Source: Squalus acanthias (Eukaryota). Taken from it: a stretch of 64,000 nucleotides of DNA. Location of the stretch: contig CM059432.1 of the NCBI GenBank assembly GCA_030390025.1, positions 21,020,001-21,084,000 of the forward strand, read 5' to 3'. Positions 52,163-63,843 of the stretch are shown piece after piece; the stretch's first letter is position 1, and each line of letters begins with the position of its first letter. Below the pieces are notes generated by a model. That model made no database searches and was not told the origin of the DNA. It saw nothing but the letters and a program-made list of their open reading frames with translations. The position numbers and the translations under genes are program-made.

Positions 52163-53284
52163 TAAAAATCGGATGGAGCACTTCAGAGCTCTGGTGGCGA
52201 TAATGGACTGCAAATTTGCAGCAATATTTTAACAGCTGTAAATTTAAAGAGGTACAGATTGTGACCATGAAATTAAAGTCAATGCGTCTTGAAATCCTGA
52301 AAGAAATTCTGTGCATTGTCTCGCTTGCTTACATTTTTGTTGTCCATCAGCAGTTGGGATGAGAATTGTCAGCACAGAGCAGAACCAATTTGCAGAGTTA
52401 ATGGGCTGTCTGCTGCTTGGTTATAGAGGGCATTGGAAGTGGCAAATCGCATCAGGTTCCCTTTTGTCACAACTGTCTGTGGTGTCTGAAATTGACAGGT
52501 GCCCCTGGTAACCAAGGATTATGTACAGATAAAATCTGAAAAAGCTTTGGCAGTCAGATGGCATAGATATTGGTATAAGTTTGATTTTCAGCTGCGGAGG
52601 CTTCACTTTAACTCTTCACTCACAAGGATCCCGATCAGTCCAGCCTGACAGCTGTTTGAGGATGCGTTGGTTGGCTTTATGTCCTTTTTTAACAGTCTGG
52701 AGCTTTGAGGTCGGCATGGACCTCTCGAATATCGCATTTAAATGCAACTAAGTACTTAATACTGTTTGCTATGGGCTGTGCTGAATGAACAAATAGAATC
52801 GTGTAATTGGTTAAGAATTGGTAAAAACGTATTTTTTTTAAATCGCATGATCTAAGCAGCTAGCAAGCAGGTATCATTCTTTAAGTTCCTTGAAGGGAAG
52901 AGTCCAACATCTGGCCAAAATTATTTTATATTTAAAAAAACTGATTTAAAAAATATTTTCTCCCTCTCTCCATCAATGTTTTTTCCTACTACCCTTATCC
53001 GTTGAATGCTTGTAACACACTGCATCCTGCACATTATCTGATATTTATTCAGTGGCCGTTGTTTAGTATTTCTCTGCTCAATCCTGAAAATCAATTGCAA
53101 TGTAGTCAAACAATAACATAATGTAAGAAGGTTTATAAAATGGAGCAGATATATTTTAAAGTCAAGCAAAAGTGGTTCTAGTTTTTTGTATGATTGAATT
53201 CAAACAGAAGGGCCAGAGTATCTCAGCTTGGTGGATTTAACTATCACTCTGTATTTCATATTCCAAGACGGTGTTTTAACATTA

Positions 53285-53640
53285 AAAACAAAAGCGAAAT
53301 ACTGCGGATGCTGGAAATCTGAAATAAAGACAGAAAATGCTTGAAACACTCAGCAGGTCAGGCAGCATCTGTGGAGAGAGAAACAGAGTTAACGTTTCAG
53401 GTCGATGACCTTGCATCAGAACTGGAAGGTGTTAGAGATGAACAGCTTTTAAGCAAGTACAGAGGCAGTGAATAGGTGCGGGGCGGGCGGGGAGGAAAGG
53501 AACAAAAGGAGAGGTCTCTAATAAGGTGGCGGGCAGGAGTGATTAAATGACAAAAGTGATGATAGTACAAAGCAAAATTAGGTGGTTATGAGACAAGTAT
53601 AGAAAAAATGATGGGTCAGAGGCAGTGTAAATGGTATGAG
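53285..53640 (-). mobile_element. Penelope-like element 3' end
   Basis: Reverse complement of about 46380-46635. Confidence 0.8.
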
Positions 53641-55884
53641 CAGCATAGCAGAGGAGGAGGGAAGCAGGATAAATCTGGCAAAGAGAAGGCTCCCATGGCC
53701 CAGGAACGTGACGGAAGAATGGCAGGTAGACCCCAGTGGTGCGGAGTAGCCCGCCGACAGTGTAGCCATAGCGGATCTCCACCCCAAGCACCAGCCCACA
53801 CATCCTCCACTTCCAGTGGCTGTGCTGCAGCCATCGTCCATTACCAGCACCTGCTGTCTGAGAGGAAATGGGGATGGTTGTTAAGATCTAAAGTTGCTCG
53901 TGTTTTAATATTGTTGGAAGCTCAATGAGAATAAATTGAAAGGACATGCAAAGGATTTTTTTACTTGTGCCAATATTCTTTGGGTCTTCCATGCTAGTGT
54001 GAAGGAACCATTCTAATGCACGATCAGTCATTTGATATCCTGCACAGAATGGAGGTCTACTGATTAAAGCCATACAGTACTCAGTACCTTCTCGATTTAT
54101 TCTGTATTTGATTATATCAAACTTTAACATCTGAATGTAGATTCCGATTCAGATGATGATCTAACAAGCAGCTGCCGTACCCCAGGTAGTTCTTGGCTCT
54201 TTGTGCCTCAGCTAATTGTGACAGTTGACAGCCTGGGGCAAGGTTTCAGCCATCTATTTACCACTGAGGAGGATCCTGGCAGCCGGCCATTTTGTTAGTC
54301 TGCTCTCTCCAGACTCTCTGCAGCGATGACAGAAATAGACTTGGATTTGCTGATAGCAGAGGAGAAGGGCTGATGGAAGTCATCTCTCTTTAGTCAAAGA
54401 AACTCTGCCCTGAAAAATGAGTTCCCCGTGGCAGTAAAATCACAGGGTTACCACAGGAGTAAAGTGGATTTCATTGTTTATAATCGCACTTGCAGGGTCC
54501 TTGCTCAGATTTTATAGATGTAAAAGGGCTAGAAAGGGTCAGGTTATCTCATAGAATGTAACTGCCCTGTAGCCGTTTTTTTTTCGATGTCATGTTTATT
54601 TTGTGTATATAATTGTCGCGACTTCAAAGATAATTCATTGGATGTGAAGCCATTGCTGACCTCCTGAGGACCCGATAAGATGCTAAATAAATGCAGGTTT
54701 CTTTGTTCATTCTTTATATAGGTTTTCCACCAACTCGTGGAGCCGGAGTCTTAACTGACTTAGCCAACTTCTGTTTGAGCCTGAGCAGTAGACACGCTGA
54801 CTTTCTTTGTTGGTTGGCAGCCCTGAATGCTTGCTCATGTTGAGCCTTGAACACCTCAAGACTTTCATGCAGGTGACAAGCACATAGGTTGTACAGTAGT
54901 ATAATTTCATTATTAAGGACTTGAATATTTGCAGAGTTTTTATCTACACGACCATACCACTTGAGGTATCAATCACTCTGTGAGTGAAGACGTGCTTCTT
55001 GACATCAGTCCTGAACTTGTCTTTTACCAGTTTGTACCCATGTCTGTTTGTCTTGCAAACACAGCATAACTTGAAATAGGGCTCTGGATGAACCTTTTCC
55101 ATTCTACTTCATACCTTTTATAAACCTGTATAACATCCCTTCATAGTTGTTTCCTTTCAAGACTTAAGAATCTGAAGGGGCGATTTTTTAACTCTGCCCA
55201 CCCGGCAGAAACCAAGCAGGCAGTTAAAATCGCCCAGGAGACTTACCCGCCAATGTCATCGAGACCTGACTGCTATTTTAACCAGTGCCCTGAGCGAGGC
55301 GAATGTGGTTTCTTCACTAGGTCAACCTAGCGGAAAGAAAAGCTGGAGCCAGAAGATGCCCAGACATCCAAGGGGGCGATTTTCTGCCGTCGGAGGAGGC
55401 GGGTTTGGCGGCTGGAAAGGTGTTAAATCAGATTCAATGAGGGCGGGTTCGGAACCCGCCTCCGTGGGATTTTGCCGGTGCCGGTTTTGGAGGTCGGGAA
55501 ACGGTCCCGCCTCTAGCTGGCCGTAGCGATAATTATGATCATTAAATGCTCATTAAGGGCCTCTCTAAGCCTATTTTGAGAGGCCCTCGTGATTTTTCAA
55601 GCATTTCGGCGTGCTTCACGCACCTCCTAAACCACGCCAGGTAAACCTGGCGGGTTGATTCGTGGGTGGCCTCCTCACAGCTGCAGGTCCAACAAGACAT
55701 CGTTTATTGCCTCAAGGAATACTTGCAGGTGCCAGACCTTTGCTTTAAAAGGTCTCTGAGCACTTTTAGAAGGCCTTGCGAAGTAGGAGGTGCTGCAGCT
55801 TGAATCTATCAACTGTGGGACCTCCTTGGAAGACCCTCTCCGCTTACAATGAGCGCTTCCCCAAAGGAGGCATCTACAAGCAGC

Positions 55885-57161
55885 ATGGGAACCATTCATT
55901 TTCTGTCACCATGGACCTCAGATGAGGATGAGGACCATCCAGGGCAGCAGCAGAACCAAGCAGCTCAGGAGCAACAGCAGCAGGAGCCCCAACCTCCTGC
56001 TCAGCCATCTGATGCTGCACAGGGCAGAAGGCGCCAGCGCATCGAGGCACCTAACCGCAGGAGATACCCCCAACAGAGAGTTTACAGACAAAGGATGAGC
56101 TACCTCAACATGAGTAAGCAGCAGTGCCAAAGGAGGCTGAGACTTTCAGGAGAGGTTGTCCGAGAGATTGCGGACTGCTGCAGCAAGACCTTGTGCCCAG
56201 AGGAACGGGTGGACACCCCTTACCAGTGGCCGTCAAAGTCACCACCGCACTCAACTTCTTTGTCTCAGGCTCCTTCCAGGGATCATCAGCAGACAACAGC
56301 GGCATCTCCCAGTCGACCGCCCACAGTTGCATCACACAGGTTACCGATGCCCTTTTTGCTAAGGCCCACAATTACATCCAGTTCACAAGGGATCAAGCAA
56401 GTATAACCGCCCGTTTTGTTGGCTTTGCTAATATGGCAGGCATGCCAATGGTGCAGGACGTCATAGACTGCACACATGTGGCCCTTAGGGCAACCCATCA
56501 CAACCCAGCTATCTTTGTCAACCGAAAGGGCTTCCACTCCCTCAATGTACAGCTGGTGTGTAACCACAGGAAGGAGTTCTTGCATCTTTGCGCCAAGTTC
56601 TGTGGTGGTTGCCATGACTCTTTCATCCTGCGGCACTCTAGTGTCCCTCCGCTTTTCAATCCATCAAACCAACTTAACGGATGGCTCCTTGGTGACAAAG
56701 GCTACCCCCTGAAGAAGTGGCTAATGACGCCGATCAGGAGGCCAGCTAATGAGGCTGAAGAGCTCTACAACGCCAGCCACACTTCGACCAGGTCCATCAT
56801 CGAGCAAATCATTGGGTTGTTGAAGATGCGCTTCCGTTGCCTTGATCGATCAGGTGGAGCCCTGCAGTATACACCATACAGGGTCTCCAGAATGGTTGTG
56901 GTCTGCTGTGCACTGCACAACATCGCACCGTGTTGTGGCTTGCAGCTTCCTGATGAGCAAGTGGCTCAGTTCCAGCCCTCCTCAGATGAGGAGGAGGAGG
57001 AGGAGGAGGAGGAGGATCTGGAAGAGGAGGAGGAGGAGGAGGAGGAGGAGGAGCAGGAGGAGGTCAGAGTGCCAGTGTATTCACCACCAGCAGCGACAGC
57101 ACGCGAACACATGGCTTCCCGGGATGCAAGGGATGAACTTATGCTGGCCAAATTTGCATAG
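55885..57161 (+). pseudogene. H1 Harbinger DDE transposase with a 1-bp frameshift near 56169
   Basis: RVYRQRMSYLNMS..RRLRLS.EVVREI joins CGLLQQDL...; motifs [50 protein letters not shown]; poly-E tail. Confidence 0.92.
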
Positions 57162-57342
57162 GTTGCCCAAGTTGGCACATGTCCTTGGCTCCATCCTAGG
57201 ACATCATTGACAATGGACATGACTCTCTGGCCTCCTTTCACTCAGGCCACCAACCTGACATCGCAAGTGTGGCGGAGCCCGCAATGTGGAGCTGCCTAAG
57301 GCGAAAGAACAGATGCCATAACGCCAACATTTTGGCTTCAAA

Positions 57343-57588
57343 TCATTTTAATGCTTTCCAACAGGGATGGCATTTCATCAATACACATAAACATTCTCCC
57401 AATCTGCACACAGATCTGGAGGTTATATCCCTTGCCAGCTGTACCCACACAGCCTTGGTTTCTTTGGCAGGCCTCTTCCTCCCAGATGAGTGGAAGAGCA
57501 CCTCCATGCTAGCTGTCACCCCCTCAAACAACATTTGCAGCGCCTCATCCGAGAGCCTCGGGGAGGCCCTTGGCTTGGAATTGGACAT
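57343..57588 (-). pseudogene. H1 Myb/SANT-like DNA-binding protein, truncated by internal deletion
   Basis: PRLSDEALQMLFEGV....VLF...GRKRP.....W.QLA..ITSRS aligns to the N-terminus of the H2 Myb domain; homology stops after ITSRSV. Confidence 0.8.
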
Positions 57589-58228
57589 TGTGGTTTCTCA
57601 GAATATGTTGCAGGTGGTGCAGCATAGGCAGAAATGCTGTGGAATGAGCCAAGGCAGCAAGAAGCCATAAAATCAGACTGGAAAAGTGCTGTCAACAGAG
57701 GCGAGTTTCAGTCCCAAAACACTAATTGACCAAGGGCATCCCACACCTCTGAAATCAAGTGGCCAATCAAGGGAAAAATCGCAAATTCTTGAAAACTATC
57801 AGTGGAGGCGGGTTTCAAACCCACCCAAACTGAAACCTACCTCCATCTTGCCTCCAGTGAGAAAATCGCCCCCTAAGATTTTAAACTTTATTTATTACTT
57901 TGCTTGTGGAGCAGGAGTTCCCGGCGGTGGCTTCCTGTCACCCAAGATTCAACTCCCACCCTACAGCGAGCTGCCACTACCCCCCCCCCCCCCCAGTTTT
58001 GAGATGCAGCCCAGAAGTCACACTGCCACCAGTTGTGGCCTCCACACGCCCGAGTTAAAATTGGGGCTTCATTCATCTTTCTCGCCTTTCCTCATTACTA
58101 AGTCCTTAGCCTTCAGACAGTTTCTGTGGCTTGGAAGTTTTCTTTGTTGACCAGAACTGACCGCAGTACTCAATGTGTGGCCTGACCACAGCATTCTAGC
58201 AGCTTCAGCATGCTGTCTTCAGACTTAT

Positions 58229-58763
58229 AGATCCTGATCTTGACAGGGGCAGGCTGCGTAGGCTGGGGTGGGGGTGGTGGGGTGGAGAAAGTGGAGGGTT
58301 TCCCTGCATGGTTAACTCCACAGCATGCGTAGTATTTTTTTGGTAAGATCCCCTCCCGGAAGTCAGCCTGATTGACAGGCTTGGCTTCCAGTTGGGCGGG
58401 GAGCACTCCGGAGCAGGCCGCAGCCCCAGGTGAGGAGCCTGCTGTTGCTAGTGGGGGGGGGGGGGTCTGATCCCCAACCCCTGGGTAGGTCCGACCCCCG
58501 ACCCGGGGGACTGGGCGGGGCTGTATCGGGGAGCTTATGGGGGCCGGAGGGAAGCACTTGCCTTCTCCCCGAAACTGTCTTCACCTCTCTTCAGCTGTTG
58601 GGTTTCCCGAGGCCTTGGAACCCGGCCGGGTAGGGTTAAACCTCCAAAGCAGGATAAATCGGAGGCTGCCAGCGTCATTAAAATATTTAATTGGCCATCC
58701 CGCCTCCTGGCCTTGCATCTCACCCGACCCCAACCCATCAGATTTCGGGGGTTAAGATTCAGC
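58229..58763. mobile_element. Harbinger-type MITE
   Basis: Ends cctgatcttgac / gttaagattcagcc; GC-rich with cccgcc/cccgacc motifs; interrupts the old CR1. Confidence 0.55.
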
Positions 58764-59743
58764 CTGTGCTCTGTTCATTTTGTAATATAGCTCATCGTTC
58801 TGTTTGCTTTATTGTTACAGTTGGACAATGGCAAGGTGTGGTAAGCATTGGGTCTCCTTCCAGGCCCTGATCTCCTTCACCCCTTTCTCTAGCTAGTTGA
58901 ACACCATATATTAAATATGTCTTCCAGTGTGTAGTATCTTACACTTGACTGTATTAAATTTCATTTGCTATTGTTCTGTCCATTTTATATTTTATCTGGG
59001 TATTTCTGTCGGTCCTTGGCTGCTTCATCAGATCAACTACCCCGACTTTAGTCCTCAAATTGTATTGTACTGCAACTTTGAATCCAGCTTGTTTATGTAC
59101 ATTAGAAATGATAGGCACGCCAACAGTGATGTGTGGGGCACTCCACTCAGTACATCTGCCCAGACTGACAGGACAGTTCCAAAGGGCTAGAAATTAGTTA
59201 TCGCCAAGAAATGGGCAGTGTTTAGACTAAAAGGGGTAAAAATTCAGTTGGTTGCGCCTCCCGTTAGCGCCTTAAGAGGGCACTAATGGGGCGCAAAGCC
59301 GCTAACGCCCGGGCGCAGCGATGTTTGCGCCGCTCGAGAACTTAACTAGAGATTGTGCGGCGGCGCTAAAACTTACCGCTGCGACCACCTGCGCGCGCAG
59401 ATTGTGACGTCATTCCATGGTGCAACGCCCTTGTGGCGCCCCGGAGCAGAAATTGAGTGGCGCCCCCTGCCTTACCGCCTGGCGCATCCAACGACCAGAA
59501 GACTGGAACGCTATCAATCGCTGTGGGGCTGGGGGGGGCGCTATTTAAAGGGGGCCTCTTCCTGTCTTTTTCTGTGGTCGACATTTATGCACCACTCGTT
59601 CTGAGAGAGAGAGAGAGATTCGGAGAGAGAGAGAGAGAGACTTCTACATTGACTCAACGCTTTGTGAGGTAGTTTTGCCTATTGATCCTAACTTTGTTGC
59701 TACTTTAGTTGCTGTCCCTCATTACTTTGCTTGCAAAGAGACT

Positions 59744-60897
59744 ATGGGGGCTGCACTGATTGGGGGCGTCGTCCTGCTCCAGCTGAATCGGAGGATACAG
59801 AGACGCAGAGAGAGAGAGTGGCAATGATGGGCAGACGGAGGAGGGCCATCAGGCGTCTGTACAGGAGAGCTGACCCTCCCATGGTATATCGTGAACAGCT
59901 CTCCTACATCCATATGTCCGAGGAGCTGTGTTTGCGAAGGCTGCGATTCAGCAAGGAGGTGGTCACTGAGCTCTGCCACCTGCTGCAGCCAGATCTGCAG
60001 CCTCAACTGAGGTCCAGGACGTCTCTGTCGGTGGCAGTGAAGGTCACAGTGGCTTTGAACTTTTACGCCACTGGCTCATTCCAAGCTGCTGTTGGGGACC
60101 TCGCCAATATCTCCCAGTTCGCGGTGCATTGCTGCATCCGGCAGGTCACAAATGCCCTCTTCAGAAGGAGACGAGAGTTCATCTCTTTCCCTATGACCCC
60201 AGACAAGCAGCGTGACCGCGCTCTGGGCTTTGCGAGGGTAGCGGGCTTCCCCATGGTGCAGGGCGCCATTGACTGCACGCATGTGGCTTTGCGTGCTCCG
60301 CGTGAGAATGCAGAGGAATTCAGGAACAGAAAGGGGTTCCATTCCTTGAATGTCCAGTTGGTCTGTGACCACAGACAGCTGATACTCGCTGTCAATGCCC
60401 ACTATCCTGGCAGCTGCCACGATGCTTTTATCCTGCGCCAGACTACTGTGGCAGAAGTTTTCGAGGCACCGCATCAGCCAGTTGGTTGGCTTCTCTGGGA
60501 CAAGGGGTATGCATTGAGCACCTGGCTGATGACACCGCTCCGTACGCCCAACACCCCTGCTGAGCTGCGGTACAATGAAAGCCATCAAGCAACCAGGAAC
60601 ATTATTGAGCGCACAATTGGCGTGCTGAAACAACGGTTCCGCTGTCTGGACCAATCTGGAGGAGCCCTGCAGTACTCGCCTGAGCAAGTATCGAACTTCG
60701 TAGTCGTGTGCTGCATGTTGCATAACATGGCAATCCTCAGGACCCAGCCAATGCCACCAGGCCTTGGAGCACCACCAGAGGAGGAGGAGGAAGAGGCCGA
60801 GGACGATGATCATCAGCAGCACTAAGGCGGGAGGGCGGCCCACAATGGTCAAACTGCAAGGGCCGTCCGTCAACGGCTAATAGCAAGCCGCTTCTAG
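59744..60897 (+). pseudogene. H2 Harbinger DDE transposase, nearly intact
   Basis: [57 protein letters not shown]. Inferred ATG 59744 is out of frame across an (AG)6 run; in-frame ATG at 59824; TAA at 60823-25 lies 23 codons before the likely natural end RQRLIASRF-TAG. Confidence 0.9.
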
Positions 60898-61191
60898 GGC
60901 CCCTGCCATTGCTACCAACATTAATCAACCCAGCACGCAACCCCTAAGCCGGCCAAGGCACCAATAATTCCAACCACCAGCCATGTATATTTTGAATACA
61001 GAAACTTATTTATTTTACAAACTCTGTGTGTGTCAATTCCTCATGACAAACTCATAGAAATAAACACAAAAAAACAGTCAATAACATAACTGGTTCTCAC
61101 AACCTGGAGATAATGTCCAAAACACTAAACAAAAGTTGGACCATGAACCTCGGCCTTCAATAAAAAAATGACCAGCATTTTGTCACACCTC

Positions 61192-63176
61192 CTACTTTTT
61201 GCCCTTTGAGGGTGATCTCCTTCCCTTGCGCACTTCCCCCCTTCTAACCCTACTGCTCCTCCGTAATGGGACCTCAGTGGCTGCAGCAAGGCTGGTGGAA
61301 GGCTGCTGCTCGTCAGACCCTGACACTGCAGATGCCCCTGAAGGACGGCCTCGACCACTTCTGGGCCTGGAGGGCCCGGCTGCAGACTGCACCAACTCTG
61401 CATGGGCGGCAGCAGTCTGTCCTACAGGCGGTGGCAAGTGCAGTGGAGAAGTGACAATGTTGGCAGCAGGAATGCTGTCATCATGAGAGAGGACAGCAAC
61501 TCCCTGCTCGCCCGACACACTGGCACTCCCACGGGGCAGCACTTCAGCATCCGGAGCAATCTGCCGGAGAACAGATTGCTGGCCTGCTGCGGCGCGGTGA
61601 CAGCCCCGGGGACATGTGCACGAACCATCGAGGTTGGCAGCAGTCTGTGCTCGCGTGGCCTCAATCTGAGTCTGTATGAGAGCAGTCAAAGATGGGATCA
61701 CGGCAGCCAGTGACTGAATTGCAGCACTAAGCATTAGTGTGGCATCCGCCTGTGCTACAGCGAAGTGCTCCACACTCCTTGCCAGTGACTCAATGCATTC
61801 GGGCACCCTTCCCACTGCACCCATGAGCTCAGTGTGCATGCCCACCGCCTGGGTGTTCATTTCTGTGATCAGCCGCTCCTCCTCTGCATCCATTGCAGTA
61901 GGAGTGTCTGGCATACTCTCCCTCTGGGGAGAAGGCGCCCGTTCTTCCCTACCCCCCCCATGGCGTTGCTGCAGCCCGCTGGGTCCTGGAGCTTCACCCT
62001 CATCAGCCCCTTCCCCCCTGCTCCCCTCCGGGAAAGGCGTGTTCCCAGTGTGGGCATGGGCTTCCTCGGGAGAGGGTGGCACTGATGCTCCGGCTTCCTC
62101 TTCCTCCTCAGCTGCAGCATCACTCCCAGTGGCAGCTTCAGGGCCCGTCTCCTCAGCTGGTGAATCACCATCTGAAAGCAGGGAGGTACAAGAGTGGCTT
62201 TAGCGTGAGGACAGGGTGGCAGTAAGGGAGGAATAAGTGCAGCGAGTTAGCAAGTTGGATTGAAAGTGTCAAAGGCTGGTGTTGTGAGGGACAAGTGGAA
62301 GGACAGAGGACAAAAAGGTGATGATCTTACCATTGCTGTCCAGAACGGGGTCGGCGTCTCCAGTGGCGAAGGGACCGATCTCCCGGCTTGCCACAATCCT
62401 GTGGACGCGCTCCTCCAGATCGCTGAGGGGTTGCAGCTGAGGCCGCCCTCCACCTGTCCGTTGCTGCTGTCTCCTATTATGAGCCAGCTTGGCCTGCAAG
62501 AAAAAGGACAGCATCTGAGTAAATATACAGCCATGGTCTTGCCTGATGTGCCTCCCATAGGTGACTAGCCCTTACAATATACAGCCATGGTCTTGCCTGA
62601 TGTGCCTCCCATAGGTGAATAGCCCTTACAATATACAGCCATGGTCTTGCCTGATGTGCCTCCCATAGCTGAATAGCCCTTACAATATACAGCCATGGTC
62701 TTGCCTGATGTGCCTCCCATAGGTGAATAGCCCTTACAATATACAGCCATGGTCTTGCCTGATGTGCCTCCCATAGGTGAATAGCCCTTACTGTATGCAA
62801 AGTGTGGAATGTGTGTGTGTGTTTGATGAAAGGGCCATAGGTGTTGGATGAGTGTTGTGCATTGGGGTTTTAAGACCCTCTGGCCATAGAGTGAGGTTGA
62901 GATGGAGGGATGGAGAGGTATTGAGAAAAAGCCACTCACCCTGACGACCCGAGTGAGGTCGTTGAACTTTTTGCGGCATTGAGTATGGGTCCTGGGCACC
63001 ATGCTCCTGGAGGAGACGCTCTGAGCCACCTCCCTCCACATTCTTCTGAACTCGCGTGGCAAAGGCCTCCTGCCACTCTCAGGGAAGAGCATACATCGTC
63101 TGCGCTCCACTGCGCCAACCAGAGCATCCAAGGCCCGCTCGGTGAAGCGATGAGCGCGTTCTCTCACCCTCTCCAT
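61192..63176 (-). CDS. H2 Myb/SANT-like (Myb_DNA-bind_5/NAIF1-type) protein, 3 exons (63176-62940, 62493-62331, 62171-61192), 459 aa, open
   Basis: MERVRERAHRFTERALDALV...WREVA..VSSRSMVPRTHTQCRKKFNDL; GTGAGT/CAG and GTAAG/CAG introns in compatible phases (0 and 1); exon 2 AKLAHNRRQQQRTGGG; 1380 nt with no internal stop. Confidence 0.88.
62522..62791. repeat. Minisatellite, 5 x 54 bp, in intron 1 of the H2 Myb gene
   Basis: Unit aatatacagccatggtcttgcctgatgtgcctcccataggtgaatagcccttac starting at 62522, 62576, 62630, 62684, 62738; only single-base variants. Confidence 0.97.
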
Positions 63177-63843
63177 GCTTGGCAGCAAAATGGATTCACA
63201 GGTCTCTCCAGGCTGAGATTCAAGGCTGCAATGAGCAGGGTGTGGCTGGGGAGCAAGTGGCCCCCCCTGCTTTAAGAAGTGGCCGGCGCCGGTGTGTCTG
63301 TGTTCCCTCGCTAACTGGCAGCAGCTGTGCTGCGCTCGCGCGCTGAGTTAGCGCCTCACTCCTTGGCCTTTGCACCTTAAGACAGGTGTGCAGCGCCTGC
63401 TTTAGCGCTCCACTCACCTCCCGGGGCGGTAAAAGTGAAGTTTCCAGTCAGTGCCGATAATTAGCGCCAGGCGCTAATTTTTGCGTCCAGACGATATTTG
63501 CGCCCCAAGTGGGGCGCGACCTAATTTCTACCCCAAAATGTTTAAGTAGCCAGTTGAAAATCATCTAGGATGCACATAAAATTCGTCCTGACTCCTCATT
63601 AAAACGATTGCAGTCATGATTCTAGTCTAAAAAGCTCAAGCTCATTGACGTTACACTGAATAGATGGACCAATATCGGGGGCAGTCTAAACGCAAGTAAT
63701 GATTGCCGCAGACTTTTTTCACTACTTAAAGGGGAGTTTCATTGATGCTGCAGCACCTCATTCTCAGCATTGTTGGGTGTGCAGCTGCCTCAACAACAAT
63801 AAGAAGAAGGACAAGGAGAAGGAGCACTTATTTACAAATCCTG

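Larger units (their letters stand above)
55372..57873 (+). mobile_element. PIF/Harbinger transposon H1 (defective two-gene element)
   Basis: Perfect 14-bp TIR gggggcgattttct; 3-bp flanks CAA and TAA; transposase (+) and convergent Myb/SANT remnant (-). Confidence 0.92.
55177..58067. mobile_element. Harbinger-type MITE (55177-55371 plus 57874-58067) hosting element H1
   Basis: Ends ggggcgatttttaactc / gagttaaaattggggc; the halves flank H1. Confidence 0.65.
54940..59170 (-). mobile_element. Old CR1 fragment split into pieces (about 54940-55175, 58070-58228, 58764-59170) by Harbinger-type insertions
   Basis: Degenerate CR1 motifs in collinear order, e.g. gcagtactcaatgtgtggcctgacca (VRPHIEYC on the minus strand) and gtggggcactccact (SGVPH). 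Confidence 0.6.
59233..63534 (+). mobile_element. PIF/Harbinger transposon H2, full length (4.3 kb)
   Basis: TIR ggggtaaaaatt / aatttctacccc (1 mismatch), AAA on both flanks, subterminal TTAGCGCC motifs, transposase (+) and 3-exon Myb gene (-) convergent. Confidence 0.92.

Noticed and set aside
56987..57063. Independent GAG triplet-repeat locus
   Set aside because: It is the acidic C-terminal tail of the H1 transposase; H2 has a shorter equivalent.
59184..59232. Left TIR of H2
   Set aside because: It matches the H2 right TIR about equally well, but its tttagact motif recurs only beyond 63535, so it is better explained as the left end of host element H3. Not fully excluded.
55885..60897. Domesticated host HARBI1 gene
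   Set aside because: Both ORFs lie between TIRs with 3-bp flanks, have convergent Myb partners and carry disabling lesions, so they are transposon copies.
60063..62568. Long antisense or alternative-frame ORFs within H2
   Set aside because: Shadows of GC-rich transposase and Myb coding sequence.
62522..62791. CRISPR array
   Set aside because: Units are contiguous with no unique spacers, there are no cas genes, and the context is a eukaryotic intron.
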